32,000 nucleotides of DNA from Bacillota bacterium (GCA_023400055.1 JAEXFN010000005.1:267421-299420), one strand, 5' to 3'; numbered from the stretch's first letter, positions 1-8,553 are shown. The notes: generated from the letters alone by a model not told the origin. Numbers and translations are program-made.

Positions 1-1
1 C

Positions 2-985
2 GCAGTGACCGTGGCTGGGAATGCGATTCAAAAGATAACCGTCTGCAATAAAGCCGGCTTAAGTGAACTGACGGCCAAAATCTATATCGACGCCAGCGGC
101 GACGCCGATCTGGCGGCCTGGGCCGGGGTGGGCTTCACCAAAGGCCGGGCGCGGGACGGCCTATCCCAGCCGATGACCATGAATCTGAAGCTGCGCAATG
201 TCGATATTGCGGCGGTGCGCGACTTTATCAAGGCTCATCCCGACGAGTTCCCGCGGCTGAAGGGAGAGACCGATATCATCGACCGGGCGCCGCGCCTCTC
301 CATCGGCGGCTTTGTAAAAACCTTGCAAGCCGCCCGCGCGCGGGGCGAGATCAGCTTCGAACGGGAAGACTTGTTGTTCTTCGAAACCAATCTGCCGGGC
401 GAGGTAATCGTCAATACTGGGCGCATCCTGGGCTGCGACGGCTGCGATCCCTGGAGCCTGACCCGGGCCGAGGTCGAGGGCAGAAAGCAGATCCGGGAGT
501 TGGAAGCCTTTTTGAAGACCCGGGTACCGGGTTTCGCTGCGGCCGAGGTCGTCGGTTCCGGTCCGGCGGTCGGCGTCCGGGGCTCACGGCAGATTCGCGG
601 CTTGTATACCTTGACCCAGGAAGACGTATTAAGCTGCCGGCCGTTTCCCGATGTGGTGGCCCATTCGGGATATCCGCTCGATATCCATAACCCGGACGGG
701 GCGGGGACGGACTCCACCCATCTGCCGTGGGGCGCTTATTACGGCATTCCTTACCGGTGCCTACTGAACGAGCAGGTGCTCAATTTGATCACCGTAGGCC
801 GCTGCATCTCGGCGACCTTTGAGGCGCAGGCGGCGATCCGGACCACGCCGAGCGCCGGAGCCATCGGCCATGCCGGAGGGGTGGCGGCGGCGTTGGCGGC
901 CGAACGGGACTGCCATCCGGTTGCGATTCCCGCTTCCGCTATTCAGGCGGCCCTTATCGGACAGGGCGCTTTTATCGACGGCTGA
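2..985 (+). CDS. FAD-dependent oxidoreductase, C-terminal part (5' end lies outside the window)
   Basis: The ORF is open to the window edge. The translated 'KIYIDASGDADLAAWAG' and the overall length and layout resemble the FAD_oxidored (PF12831-like) family. The GTG at 5 is an artefact of the ORF caller, not a real start. Confidence 0.6.
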   Translation, partial: AVTVAGNAIQKITVCNKAGLSELTAKIYIDASGDADLAAWAGVGFTKGRARDGLSQPMTMNLKLRNVDIAAVRDFIKAHPDEFPRLKGETDIIDRAPRLSIGGFVKTLQAARARGEISFEREDLLFFETNLPGEVIVNTGRILGCDGCDPWSLTRAEVEGRKQIRELEAFLKTRVPGFAAAEVVGSGPAVGVRGSRQIRGLYTLTQEDVLSCRPFPDVVAHSGYPLDIHNPDGAGTDSTHLPWGAYYGIPYRCLLNEQVLNLITVGRCISATFEAQAAIRTTPSAGAIGHAGGVAAALAAERDCHPVAIPASAIQAALIGQGAFIDG

Positions 986-1111
986 TTTTTTCGTAAGAAT
1001 GTGCACGTTTCCCGGAAGAACGGTGCTTCGGTTTATGGGCCGATCCCTTTATAATCAGGACAGCAATCCTGTTCCGGCAGGATTAAAAAGAACCAAAGGG
1101 GGAGTATTCCG

Positions 1112-2368
1112 TTGAAGAAACTACGTTTGGCACTGCTTTTGCTGGGTTTGACGCTTTGCCTGATGGGCGCGGCTACGGCGGGACTGGCCGCCGCCAAGCC
1201 GGTCAACCTGAAGATGGTGATCTGGGGCGCTCCCAAGCACATCGACATGTACAACAAACTGTTGGACACCTATAAGAAAACCCACCCCAACATCGCGGTG
1301 GAGATCATCGTCGCGCCCTATGACGAATTCACCGAGAAGGTCACCTCGATGATCGCCAGCGGCAATCCGCCGGACATCACCTGGTGGTCGGAGGACAGCC
1401 TGACCTATTTCGCGGACAAAGGCTATTTCGTGCCGCTGGACTCGGCCGTCAAGAAATGGGGCAAGGACTGGCAGATGGAGGATTTTTATCCCTCGACCAT
1501 CGAGGGCGGCCGCTGGAAAGGCAAACTCTATGCCATTCCGTTCTCGACCCCGGCGCCGGTACTGTTCTACAATAAGAAGCTCTTCGATGAGGCCAAGCTG
1601 AAATACCCCAATGAGAACTGGACCTGGGATGATTTTGACAATGCCCTGCGCAAGCTGAGTAAGGGCGAGGGCGCGGATAAGGTTTACGGCGTCGAGAATC
1701 TGCTCGATAAGGGAACCGAATGGCAGAGCCTGTTGAATATCATCCGCGCCTACGGCGGGAAATTCATGAACGATAAACGCACCCAATGCATCATCAACAG
1801 CCCGCAGTCGGTCACCGCGCTCAAGAAATATATGGATTGGGTCAACGGCGGCCTGTCGACCAAGCCGGGCATCTCCGCTCCTTTCGAGCAGGGACGATCG
1901 GCCATGTTCGTGGGTTTCATGAGCATGAACGCCCGCTTCGACGGGGCCAAGGGCCTGGATTACGACGTCACTTACGTTCCCAAGGGACCGGCCGGCCGCA
2001 GGCTGCGTAGCGGTTCCGCCTTCCTGGTGGTGATGAAATCGACCGCCTATCAAAAGGAGAGTCTCGATTTGCTGCGCTACCTGAGTAGCGTGGAAGGGAT
2101 CCGGGTTCAGTCCGAGTACTTTGGGCCGCCCCGTAAGTCGATCGGCCTCTCCAAGGAGTTTTTGGACCCGAGTACCCCGCCGGCGAACAAGAAAGTATTC
2201 ATCGACTCTTTGCAATATAGCAGCGCCACCGAGCATTTTCCGTTGTTCGTCAAGGCCAACCTGATCGCTCAGGAAGAGTTCGATCGAATGGTGGCCGGGA
2301 AACAACCGGTCGAGGAGACGCTCCAAAAGATCCAAAACCGCATCAACGCTCTGTTGGCCGGCAAGTAA
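1112..2368 (+). CDS. Extracellular solute-binding protein of a carbohydrate (CUT1-type) ABC transporter
   Basis: Shine-Dalgarno AAGGGGGA lies upstream of the TTG start. The N-terminal signal peptide is MKKLRLALLLLGLTLCLMGAATAGLAAA. The 418-aa length and sequence are typical of family-1 SBPs, and two permease genes follow directly. Confidence 0.9.
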   Translation: MKKLRLALLLLGLTLCLMGAATAGLAAAKPVNLKMVIWGAPKHIDMYNKLLDTYKKTHPNIAVEIIVAPYDEFTEKVTSMIASGNPPDITWWSEDSLTYFADKGYFVPLDSAVKKWGKDWQMEDFYPSTIEGGRWKGKLYAIPFSTPAPVLFYNKKLFDEAKLKYPNENWTWDDFDNALRKLSKGEGADKVYGVENLLDKGTEWQSLLNIIRAYGGKFMNDKRTQCIINSPQSVTALKKYMDWVNGGLSTKPGISAPFEQGRSAMFVGFMSMNARFDGAKGLDYDVTYVPKGPAGRRLRSGSAFLVVMKSTAYQKESLDLLRYLSSVEGIRVQSEYFGPPRKSIGLSKEFLDPSTPPANKKVFIDSLQYSSATEHFPLFVKANLIAQEEFDRMVAGKQPVEETLQKIQNRINALLAGK

Positions 2369-2374
2369 GCCGCC

Positions 2375-2408
2375 GGGTGCCTGCCGCGAACCGGCGGGCA
2401 CCCGTTTT
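2375..2408 (+). terminator. Intra-operon hairpin (attenuator/partial terminator) between the SBP and permease genes
   Basis: GGGTGCCTGCCG (2375-2386) pairs 11/12 with CGGCGGGCACCC (2392-2403) around a 5-nt loop, followed by GTTTT. This arrangement is common after SBP genes to set stoichiometry. Confidence 0.55.
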
Positions 2409-2437
2409 ATCGGCCTGGCCTGGAAGGGAGATTTGCC

Positions 2438-3376
2438 ATGTTCATGTCCACGTCTGAGAAGACTGCCGCCGCCGTTCCCGCCTGGCGGCGGGTCCGCCGC
2501 CGGCTGCCGGGGGAGGGCGCCTGGGGAGCCTGTTTTTTACTGCCGTTATTGGCCGGATTGACCGTCTTTCTGCTCCTGCCGCTACTCGTCAGCGGGTATC
2601 TCAGTTTTACCAGTTATAACGTGTTGGAAGCGCCGCACTGGATCGGCGGGCAGAACTACCGCGAGCTGTTCGGAGAGGACCCGATGTTCCAGAAGGCCTT
2701 GCTGAACACGGTGGTCTTCGCCGCCGGGCTGGTGCCCGCCAACATGCTGCTGGCGTTGTTGACCTCGGTCTTGTTGAACCAGGTCCGCCGGCTGGCCGCG
2801 TTTTTCCGGAGCGTCTATTTTATCCCGGTCATCACTTCGGAAGTGGTCTTCTCCGTGGTCTGGCTGTGGATCTGGAATTATAATTACGGCCTGGTCAATT
2901 ATATCCTGAAGATGCTGGGCATCGCCGGACCCAACTGGCTGGGCGATTCCAACTGGGCCATGTTCGCAGTGATCGTCACCCGGCTCCTGAAGAATCTGGG
3001 GATGAACGTGGTGATCATCCTGGCGGCCTTACAATCGATCCCGGTGATGTATTATGAGGCGGCCGAATTGGACGGAGCCGGCTGGTTTAAGAAGTTCAGC
3101 CACGTAACCCTGCCGGAGCTGGGTCCGGTCATCTTCCTGACGTTGATGGTGACGATCATCGGCGCTTTCAAGGTCTTCGGCTCGATTTACGTCCTGACCG
3201 GCGGCGGTCCGGCCGGCGCCACCAACGTGCTGGTGATGTACTTGTATCAGATGGGCTTCAAAACCTTCGAGTACGGCAAAGCCTCGGCCATCGGGATGGT
3301 CATCTTCGGCCTGATCCTGATCCTGACCCTGGTCCAATGGCTGCTCCGTAAGAAACTGGTCTATCAGGAGGAGTAA
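2438..3376 (+). CDS. Carbohydrate ABC transporter permease (MalF/UgpA-like)
   Basis: SD GAAGGGAG lies upstream of the ATG. The protein has multiple hydrophobic helices and the EAA-loop 'YYEAAELDGAGWFKKFSHVTLPEL'. Confidence 0.92.
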   Translation: MFMSTSEKTAAAVPAWRRVRRRLPGEGAWGACFLLPLLAGLTVFLLLPLLVSGYLSFTSYNVLEAPHWIGGQNYRELFGEDPMFQKALLNTVVFAAGLVPANMLLALLTSVLLNQVRRLAAFFRSVYFIPVITSEVVFSVVWLWIWNYNYGLVNYILKMLGIAGPNWLGDSNWAMFAVIVTRLLKNLGMNVVIILAALQSIPVMYYEAAELDGAGWFKKFSHVTLPELGPVIFLTLMVTIIGAFKVFGSIYVLTGGGPAGATNVLVMYLYQMGFKTFEYGKASAIGMVIFGLILILTLVQWLLRKKLVYQEE

Positions 3377-3379
3377 TCA

Positions 3380-4264
3380 ATGCGCGCCAATCCTTCGGCA
3401 GCCGGCGGCTCCGGAGCCGATTTTCAGACGGGGCGCCGTTCCGGCGCCAGCCAGGTTATGGCTTATCTTTATCTCAGCGGGTTGGGCCTGGTGCTGATCC
3501 TGCCTTTCATCTGGATGCTCTCCACTTCGCTGAAGCATCCGGGGACGGAGTTTTATTATCCGCCGCAATGGATCCCGCAGCCGCCGACCTTGCAAAACTA
3601 TCTCACCGCCGTCGCGCGGGCCGATTTTCTGCGGAGCTACTATAACAGCATCAAAGTGGCCTTGCTGACAGTGATCCCGACGGTCCTCCTGACTTCGCTG
3701 GCCGCCTATGCGCTGGTCAAGTTGCGCTTCAAGGGCCGGAACAACCTCTTCTTTCTGATCGTGATGTTGATCATGGTCCCTCAGGAGGTGACGCTCATTC
3801 CTAACCTATTGCTGATGAAGGGCTTGGGGTGGCTCGACACGCACACCGCGCTGATCGTGCCCAACATCTTCGGCAGCGGCGCGGTCTTCGCACTCTTTGT
3901 GATGCGCCAGAATATGCTGTCGTTGCCCGATTCGCTGATCGAGGCCGCCAAGATCGACGGGGCCAACCATTGGCAGATCTATACCCGGGTCGTCTTCCCC
4001 CTGACCAAGTCGGCCGTGGCGACGGTGGGCATCTTTACCCTGATGAATTCCTGGAACGATTTCATTTATCCCTTGGTCTACCTCAACAGCAGCGAGAAGT
4101 ATACCCTGCCGCTGGCCATCGCCATGTTTCAACAAGCCTACGGCATGACCGAGTGGACGGTCTGGATGGCGGCGGCCACGGTCAGCGTCCTGCCGTTGCT
4201 CATCGCTTTCTTGTTCGCCCAGAAACAGTTCATCGACTCGATGGCGCTGACCGGCGTGAAATAG
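3380..4264 (+). CDS. Carbohydrate ABC transporter permease (MalG/UgpE-like)
   Basis: SD AGGAGGAG lies 6-7 nt upstream of the ATG at 3380. The EAA-loop 'LIEAAKIDGANHWQIYTRVVFPL' is present. There is a 3-nt gap to the upstream permease. Confidence 0.92.
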   Translation: MRANPSAAGGSGADFQTGRRSGASQVMAYLYLSGLGLVLILPFIWMLSTSLKHPGTEFYYPPQWIPQPPTLQNYLTAVARADFLRSYYNSIKVALLTVIPTVLLTSLAAYALVKLRFKGRNNLFFLIVMLIMVPQEVTLIPNLLLMKGLGWLDTHTALIVPNIFGSGAVFALFVMRQNMLSLPDSLIEAAKIDGANHWQIYTRVVFPLTKSAVATVGIFTLMNSWNDFIYPLVYLNSSEKYTLPLAIAMFQQAYGMTEWTVWMAAATVSVLPLLIAFLFAQKQFIDSMALTGVK

Positions 4265-4307
4265 CCGTTTTCGGCGGCGCCCTGATCGATATATTATTGA
4301 TGAACGA

Positions 4308-4344
4308 TTCGGCCCGGCAGTGAAAACCGGGCCGAATCTTTTTT
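4308..4344 (+). terminator. Rho-independent terminator of the ABC operon
   Basis: TTCGGCCCGG (4308-4317) and CCGGGCCGAA (4327-4336) form a perfect 10-bp stem with a 9-nt loop, followed by TCTTTTTT. Confidence 0.85.
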
Positions 4345-4467
4345 CATCCTTTTCCTGTAGCGGAGCGTTCCAGTTGATTTTCGTTCAAAAAAGGATTTTG
4401 GTCTGGGATAACGAAAAAAAACAATGACTCGATTGCATTCAAGGATTTCACGAAGGGGGTTCATTCA

Positions 4468-4884
4468 ATGCTGAGCGATTTAATCCGGGATGGTTTCGGC
4501 AAAGCCGAGGATCTGAACTGTGCGGAGAAGATTTTGTATGGCGCCAATGAGGCGTACAATCTGGGTTTGAATGCGGAGGCCCTGAAACTGGCGGCCGGGT
4601 TCGGCGGCGGCATGGGCATCGAGGACGTTTGCGGCGCCTTGACCGCGTCCATCATGGTGCTGGGACGGTTGTTCGTCAGCCGGAATGCCCACCAGAGTTC
4701 CATCAAGGAATTGACCCAAGAGCTATTCGACCGTTACCGTCAGGCGATGGATTCGATCGACTGTGCGCCTTTAAAAGCGGCGCACCGGAATGAGGAGATC
4801 CAATGCGATCGGGTGATCCAGAAAGCGGCCGAACTGCTCGACGACATCGTGGAGCGGGAGACGAATTTGCGGCGGAGTTGTTGA
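4468..4884 (+). CDS. C_GCAxxG_C_C family putative redox-active protein
   Basis: 'LNCAEKIL...AAGFGGGMGIEDVCGALTASIMVLG...IDCAPL...IQCDRV' reproduces the Cys pattern and the GFGGGMG/CGAxxG core of the family (TIGR01909-like). SD GAAGGGGG lies upstream. Confidence 0.75.
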   Translation: MLSDLIRDGFGKAEDLNCAEKILYGANEAYNLGLNAEALKLAAGFGGGMGIEDVCGALTASIMVLGRLFVSRNAHQSSIKELTQELFDRYRQAMDSIDCAPLKAAHRNEEIQCDRVIQKAAELLDDIVERETNLRRSC

Positions 4885-4961
4885 GGAGTCGCTTTCGATA
4901 AGCCAATGGATATTAAGAATAAATTGATATGTATGGAAATGAAACTGTTATTCGTATTTGA

Positions 4962-6386
4962 CTAATGGCCGCTCCATGATCCCTGACTTATTGACACGGA
5001 GGGGGTTCCGCCGTTTAGCCCTAAAGTCTCCACGATGGTTGACAATTGATTGCTGTAGTTGATTTGGGGCGATGAATTTATACTCAAAGTACCATTGGAG
5101 TATACTCCGCCAATTTGGACATAATTGGTGACTTGAGAATCGCTTCCCGCTACAAACACCGTCTGCTTTGCGATAACGTTGCTGTTGATGTTCATCGTGC
5201 CCGTGGTTACCACTAGACCAGCGCTGCCATCCAGTTCAAATTGATTGGTAAATTGAACGCTGCCATTGGAATAGATCTTTGTTACCGCTGATGTTGAGTT
5301 TTTGTTGATCGAACTGTCGGAGTTAAAATTAATATCGCCTTTGGTCTGAATTAGAACATTAGTGGCGTTAATTGCAGTAGTATTCGTCATTTGCATTCCG
5401 CCACTTGCGTAAAGCTTCAAGCTGGAAACCTGAATCGAAGCCGTATTGCTTAATAAAACGCTGCCGGTAACGTAAATGGTAACATTGCCCCCTTTAATGG
5501 CCCCCGAAGTTGAGCCGACTTGGCCTAAGGTAAGATTGCCATTAATATAGATCGTCACGTTGCCGGAAGCTGTCAAGGTGTTGCCGGTCTGGTAATTGCC
5601 ATTGTAATAATATTCACCCGCTGCCAGGCTTGTAGTTGATGTTGATAAATTGGTACCGCTCGCCGACTTGGTTGGAAAGGTCGGGATCAGACTGGAAGCA
5701 TCCAGCGTCCCTGCCGGATTGGCGTAGACATAGCCTCCAGTAACGGCGCTTTTATTCCAAGTCCATTGATCCATTACGGGAACGTAAGGAGTATAAGCTT
5801 TACCGTTAATAAGCGGTGTTGAACTGTTTACGGTAATATGACCATTCGAACCGATGTCACCGGTTATTTTAGGGGTGTTATCAATTTGCAAGTTGAGGCT
5901 TGAAAAAAGCGGATATTTACCAAATACATCATTACTCCCGCCACCGCTTCCGCTGCCGATTACGTCTATATTTACTGTCACGATCTTTTGGGCATTTTCA
6001 ACCGTCCCGGTAGACTGAATGGTATAAGTTGTATTGGCGGTAAAAATCGGCGTAACCGGGGTTTTAGTAGCATCCGTGGCCGTATAAATGATGACTCGAT
6101 ATTTTTGGTTATTGACATCATTAAGAAACGCTTGATCGGTATTCAGCCATGTCCAATCGGGAGTCAGAGACTGATTGACTTTATAAAACTCTTCAATGGT
6201 TCTCTTAGCTCCCGCCTCAGCGGCATACTGCGCCTCCACCTCATCCTGATTGGTTACGGAGCCGTGGATGGAGTTGACGACGAGCGGAGCCAGTCCCACC
6301 AGCAGGATCGCCAGGACCACCATGACGATCAGGGCGAGAACGGTCGCGTAACCCGTTTCATTTTTAAAAGAGTTTTTTGGTAACAT
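4962..6386 (-). CDS. Large PilX_N-type minor pilin / putative pilus-tip protein with an Asn/Thr/Gly-rich beta-helix-like repeat domain (set A)
   Basis: SD AGGTGA is present. The N-terminus 'NETGYATVLALIVMVVLAILLVGLAPLV...EAQYAAEAGAKRTIEEF' resembles the PilX N-terminal anchor. The C-terminal ~330 aa contain reiterated motifs (GNVTIYINGNLTLG, GNVTIYVTGSVLLSN, TKIYSNGSVQFTN, GTMNINSNV). It is the last gene of a three-gene pseudopilin operon. Confidence 0.7.
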   Translation of the reverse strand: MLPKNSFKNETGYATVLALIVMVVLAILLVGLAPLVVNSIHGSVTNQDEVEAQYAAEAGAKRTIEEFYKVNQSLTPDWTWLNTDQAFLNDVNNQKYRVIIYTATDATKTPVTPIFTANTTYTIQSTGTVENAQKIVTVNIDVIGSGSGGGSNDVFGKYPLFSSLNLQIDNTPKITGDIGSNGHITVNSSTPLINGKAYTPYVPVMDQWTWNKSAVTGGYVYANPAGTLDASSLIPTFPTKSASGTNLSTSTTSLAAGEYYYNGNYQTGNTLTASGNVTIYINGNLTLGQVGSTSGAIKGGNVTIYVTGSVLLSNTASIQVSSLKLYASGGMQMTNTTAINATNVLIQTKGDINFNSDSSINKNSTSAVTKIYSNGSVQFTNQFELDGSAGLVVTTGTMNINSNVIAKQTVFVAGSDSQVTNYVQIGGVYSNGTLSINSSPQINYSNQLSTIVETLGLNGGTPSVSISQGSWSGH

Positions 6387-6403
6387 ACGATCACCTGCTT
6401 CGC

Positions 6404-6901
6404 TTAGGTACCCGATTGATTCAACAGATAGACGGTTGTCGTCAACGTCAGGCTGGGACTGGGGGAATCGCTATTATCTTGAATCGTTAGGGTGATGGTT
6501 ACTTTTTTGCCGCTAATGCTAAAAACCGGCGCCGACTGGACCAGTCCCTTGCCGAGCTTTTGAACGGGCGTTTCGCCGTCGATAATCAGCGTATTGGCAT
6601 CGGACCCGCTTCCCCAGTAAATGCTCTTGGACGATCCGTTGAGCGTATAGGTAATTTTGGAATTGGCGGGCGTGACCGAGGGAAGACTGGGGTTGGTCGC
6701 ATAACGAAGCTCTTTGGCAATTTGATTCAGAATGGTCTGTCCCGCCAGCGCGTCCCGGCTCTGGCCGAAACTGACCGGGTAGGAGCGCATGGCGGTGGAA
6801 AACGCGGCGCTGAGCGCCAAAACGATGCCGGCTCCGATCGCCAGGACGATTAAGAGTTCAATCAGCGTAAAACCAAGCTCAGCTCGGGTGGTTCGTTTCA
6901 T
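6404..6901 (-). CDS. Type IV minor pilin (prepilin-type N-terminal cleavage/methylation domain; PilW/GspJ-like) (set A)
   Basis: The N-terminus 'MKRTTRAELG|FTLIELLIVLAIGAGIVLA' is a canonical class III signal with Glu5. A 17-nt gap separates it from the downstream gene. Confidence 0.88.
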   Translation of the reverse strand: MKRTTRAELGFTLIELLIVLAIGAGIVLALSAAFSTAMRSYPVSFGQSRDALAGQTILNQIAKELRYATNPSLPSVTPANSKITYTLNGSSKSIYWGSGSDANTLIIDGETPVQKLGKGLVQSAPVFSISGKKVTITLTIQDNSDSPSPSLTLTTTVYLLNQSGT

Positions 6902-6943
6902 CTGTTTTACCTAACCTTGGCGATACTTTCACCGGATTTTATT

Positions 6944-7441
6944 TTATTTGTAATAATAACTGGACAGCGTGACGGCACGCGTTTGCCCCTTCTCCTGCCA
7001 TGAAACCGTAACCTGAAAGGCTTGGAGGTTGGCTTGCAGACTCGTCGGAATGGAGGCCGGCTGGGGAGTGACCGCCTGGATGGCATAGGAGTAAATGGTG
7101 CCGGCTATCGGCGTCGTCGCTTGCGCCGTCGGCAGGCTGACGCCGTCGTTCTGCTTCAATTCCTCCAGTTTCTGCTGGGCATAATAGACGGCCTGGGTGC
7201 GATGGACGGCCTCGCTGGAGCCTTTGATATTTTGGCCGGCCAACAGCAGCAGCGGCACCACGACGATGCCCACGATAGTAATGGCAATGAGAATGTCGAT
7301 AAGCCCCCAGCCGTTCTCCGAAGTCCGACGTTTTTCAAAAACATCCGCCGGTTGCGGCCCGAACATCGATTTGGTTATGGGAGTTATAATGGCCTGTTTC
7401 AGCCAAAGTACGTCAAAAGTCATAGTCTCCCGCCATTTCAT
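6944..7441 (-). CDS. Atypical pseudopilin (PilV/GspI-like) (set A); start codon uncertain
   Basis: The pilin-like hydrophobic helix is 'ENG|WGLIDILIAITIVGIVVVPLLLL', with Asp instead of Glu at +5. It is the first gene of the minus-strand triplet. Alternative starts are 7423 (GGGAG just upstream) or 7366, which would shorten the unusually long leader. Confidence 0.6.
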   Translation of the reverse strand: MKWRETMTFDVLWLKQAIITPITKSMFGPQPADVFEKRRTSENGWGLIDILIAITIVGIVVVPLLLLAGQNIKGSSEAVHRTQAVYYAQQKLEELKQNDGVSLPTAQATTPIAGTIYSYAIQAVTPQPASIPTSLQANLQAFQVTVSWQEKGQTRAVTLSSYYYK

Positions 7442-7465
7442 GGGATCGTTGATTCGGAAGAGTGG

Positions 7466-7598
7466 AACTCACCCTCGCCCTCTCTTTTCTGAAAGAGAGG
7501 GTAACTTTGATCCTTCGTCGCCAAACTTATTCGCTGCCTCGAACCGGCTTTCCTTCCCGCTCTTTCTGTAAAAGAGGGAAGTCAGCGCCGGGAAGACT
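7466..7598. repeat. Composite palindromic (REP-like) element, copy A
   Basis: It contains two hairpins, CCCTCTCTTTTCTGAAAGAGAGGG (7478-7501) and CTTCCCGCTCTTTCTGTAAAAGAGGGAAG (7553-7581). Its modules (AACTCACCCTCGCCCTCTCTTT, ATTCGCTGC..CTTTCCTTCC, AAGTCAG.GCC.GGAAG.CT) recur in inverted orientation at 18341-18463. Confidence 0.8.
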
Positions 7599-7719
7599 TA
7601 AACTTGCAGCATCCGCGGATGGACTAGCCGTAAAGCGAGATGGGTAAGTTGTCCTCAAAGAGTTATATGAATAATTTGCAATGGAATTGAGATTAGATGA
7701 TTTCCGTGAAAGATAATTA

Positions 7720-7748
7720 TTGACAAAAAAGGCCCATGATTTCATTAT
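7720..7748 (+). promoter_or_regulatory. Candidate sigma-70-type promoter facing the 21-22-bp repeat array
   Basis: TTGACA (7720-7725), a 17-nt spacer and CATTAT (7743-7748). No convincing protein-coding gene follows for about 800 bp. Confidence 0.4.
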
Positions 7749-7880
7749 AGCAATAATTTATTGCTTTGATAAGTCTGATTTTGGCTCCCGTCCGGTTCAC
7801 TTTGGCCTTTGGAATGCCGGGCTCCATCTTGAATCGGCGCCGGCTCGACTGGGTCCGTTTTTGATTCCTATCCATATTGC

Positions 7881-8180
7881 AGGGCTCATCGCCGTCATGT
7901 CAGGGATGGTCTTTGGTCCTTTAGGGATGGTCGTCATCCCTAAAGGGATGAGACATGTCCGTGTTAGGGATGGTTTTCGCCCCTAAAAGGACCCGCGCAT
8001 CCTTGTTAGGTATGTCATGATCCGTGTAAGGGATGGTCTTCGTCCTTGTAAGGTATGTCATGGTCCTTTCATAGGACGGAACCATCCCTGCTTCCCCAAA
8101 GACCATCCCCACATCTTCGAACATCATCCCCGCTTCCTTAAGCCGGATCCATGTTGATCCGAGAGCCATCCCTGCTTCCA
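7881..8180. repeat. Degenerate tandem array of about 14 units of 20-22 bp (AGGGATGGTCTT-type mini-palindromes) that reverses orientation near 8075-8082
   Basis: Units start at 7881, 7902, 7923, 7944, 7966, 7988, 8008, 8029, 8051 and 8073. The reverse-complement word CCATCCC then occurs at 8082, 8103, (8124) and 8166 with the same 21-bp phase. Several units are hairpins, e.g. TTAGGGA-N9-TCCCTAA at 7921-7943. Confidence 0.85.
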
Positions 8181-8464
8181 GGACTCGCGCCCCTGTTTCC
8201 CCGAGGCTCGGGGAAGCTTCTACAAGACTTCAGGAAGCTGCCGCGAAGGCCGGGACAACTGATCCCGGTTTCATCCCCGCTTATTTGGACCAGTTACGAC
8301 TTGTCTCGGTTCAGATCCATTTCATGATACCCTAATGACAAAGAAGACCGTGGCATTTTATGGATAATTTGGCGGTTGTTTCGCGGGAATGAAAACCCAA
8401 ATCGCCGGCTTATTGACGTTAATGGCAATCTTCGCGCCGAATATCGGGCTGGTCCGAAAACGGG

Positions 8465-8493
8465 TTGTTATGCAAACTTTTCCATGTTACAAT
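8465..8493 (+). promoter_or_regulatory. Candidate promoter of the OMP gene
   Basis: TTGTTA (8465-8470), a 17-nt spacer and TACAAT (8488-8493), with TG at -15/-14 (extended -10). It lies 60 nt upstream of the ATG. Confidence 0.5.
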
Positions 8494-8553
8494 TTAAAGG
8501 TTTAGACCTTATTTCGGGGCTTTATAGCGAATAGCAAATGTAAGGAGGGGGTC

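Noticed and set aside
1112-4264. The missing ATPase gene in the ABC transporter module as an anomaly.
   Set aside because: CUT1-family sugar importers commonly share a separately encoded MsmK/MsmX-type ATPase, so its absence from the operon is ordinary.
7720-8169. ORFs 7720-7986(+) and 7921-8169(-) as protein-coding genes.
   Set aside because: Their heptad-like periodicity (GMVFGPL/GMVVIPK, TKTIPYT/DHDIPNK) is imposed by the 21-bp DNA repeat on both strands simultaneously. Neither has an SD sequence. They overlap each other, and the plus-strand ORF starts inside the predicted promoter.
7881-8180. A direct call of the 21-bp array as a CsrB/RsmZ-type sponge RNA gene.
   Set aside because: The GGA triplets mostly fall in predicted stems (AGGGA-N9-TCCCT) rather than loops. 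Half of the array carries the complementary word, which would pair with the first half. I retained the idea only as a low-confidence hypothesis under the shared-motif finding.
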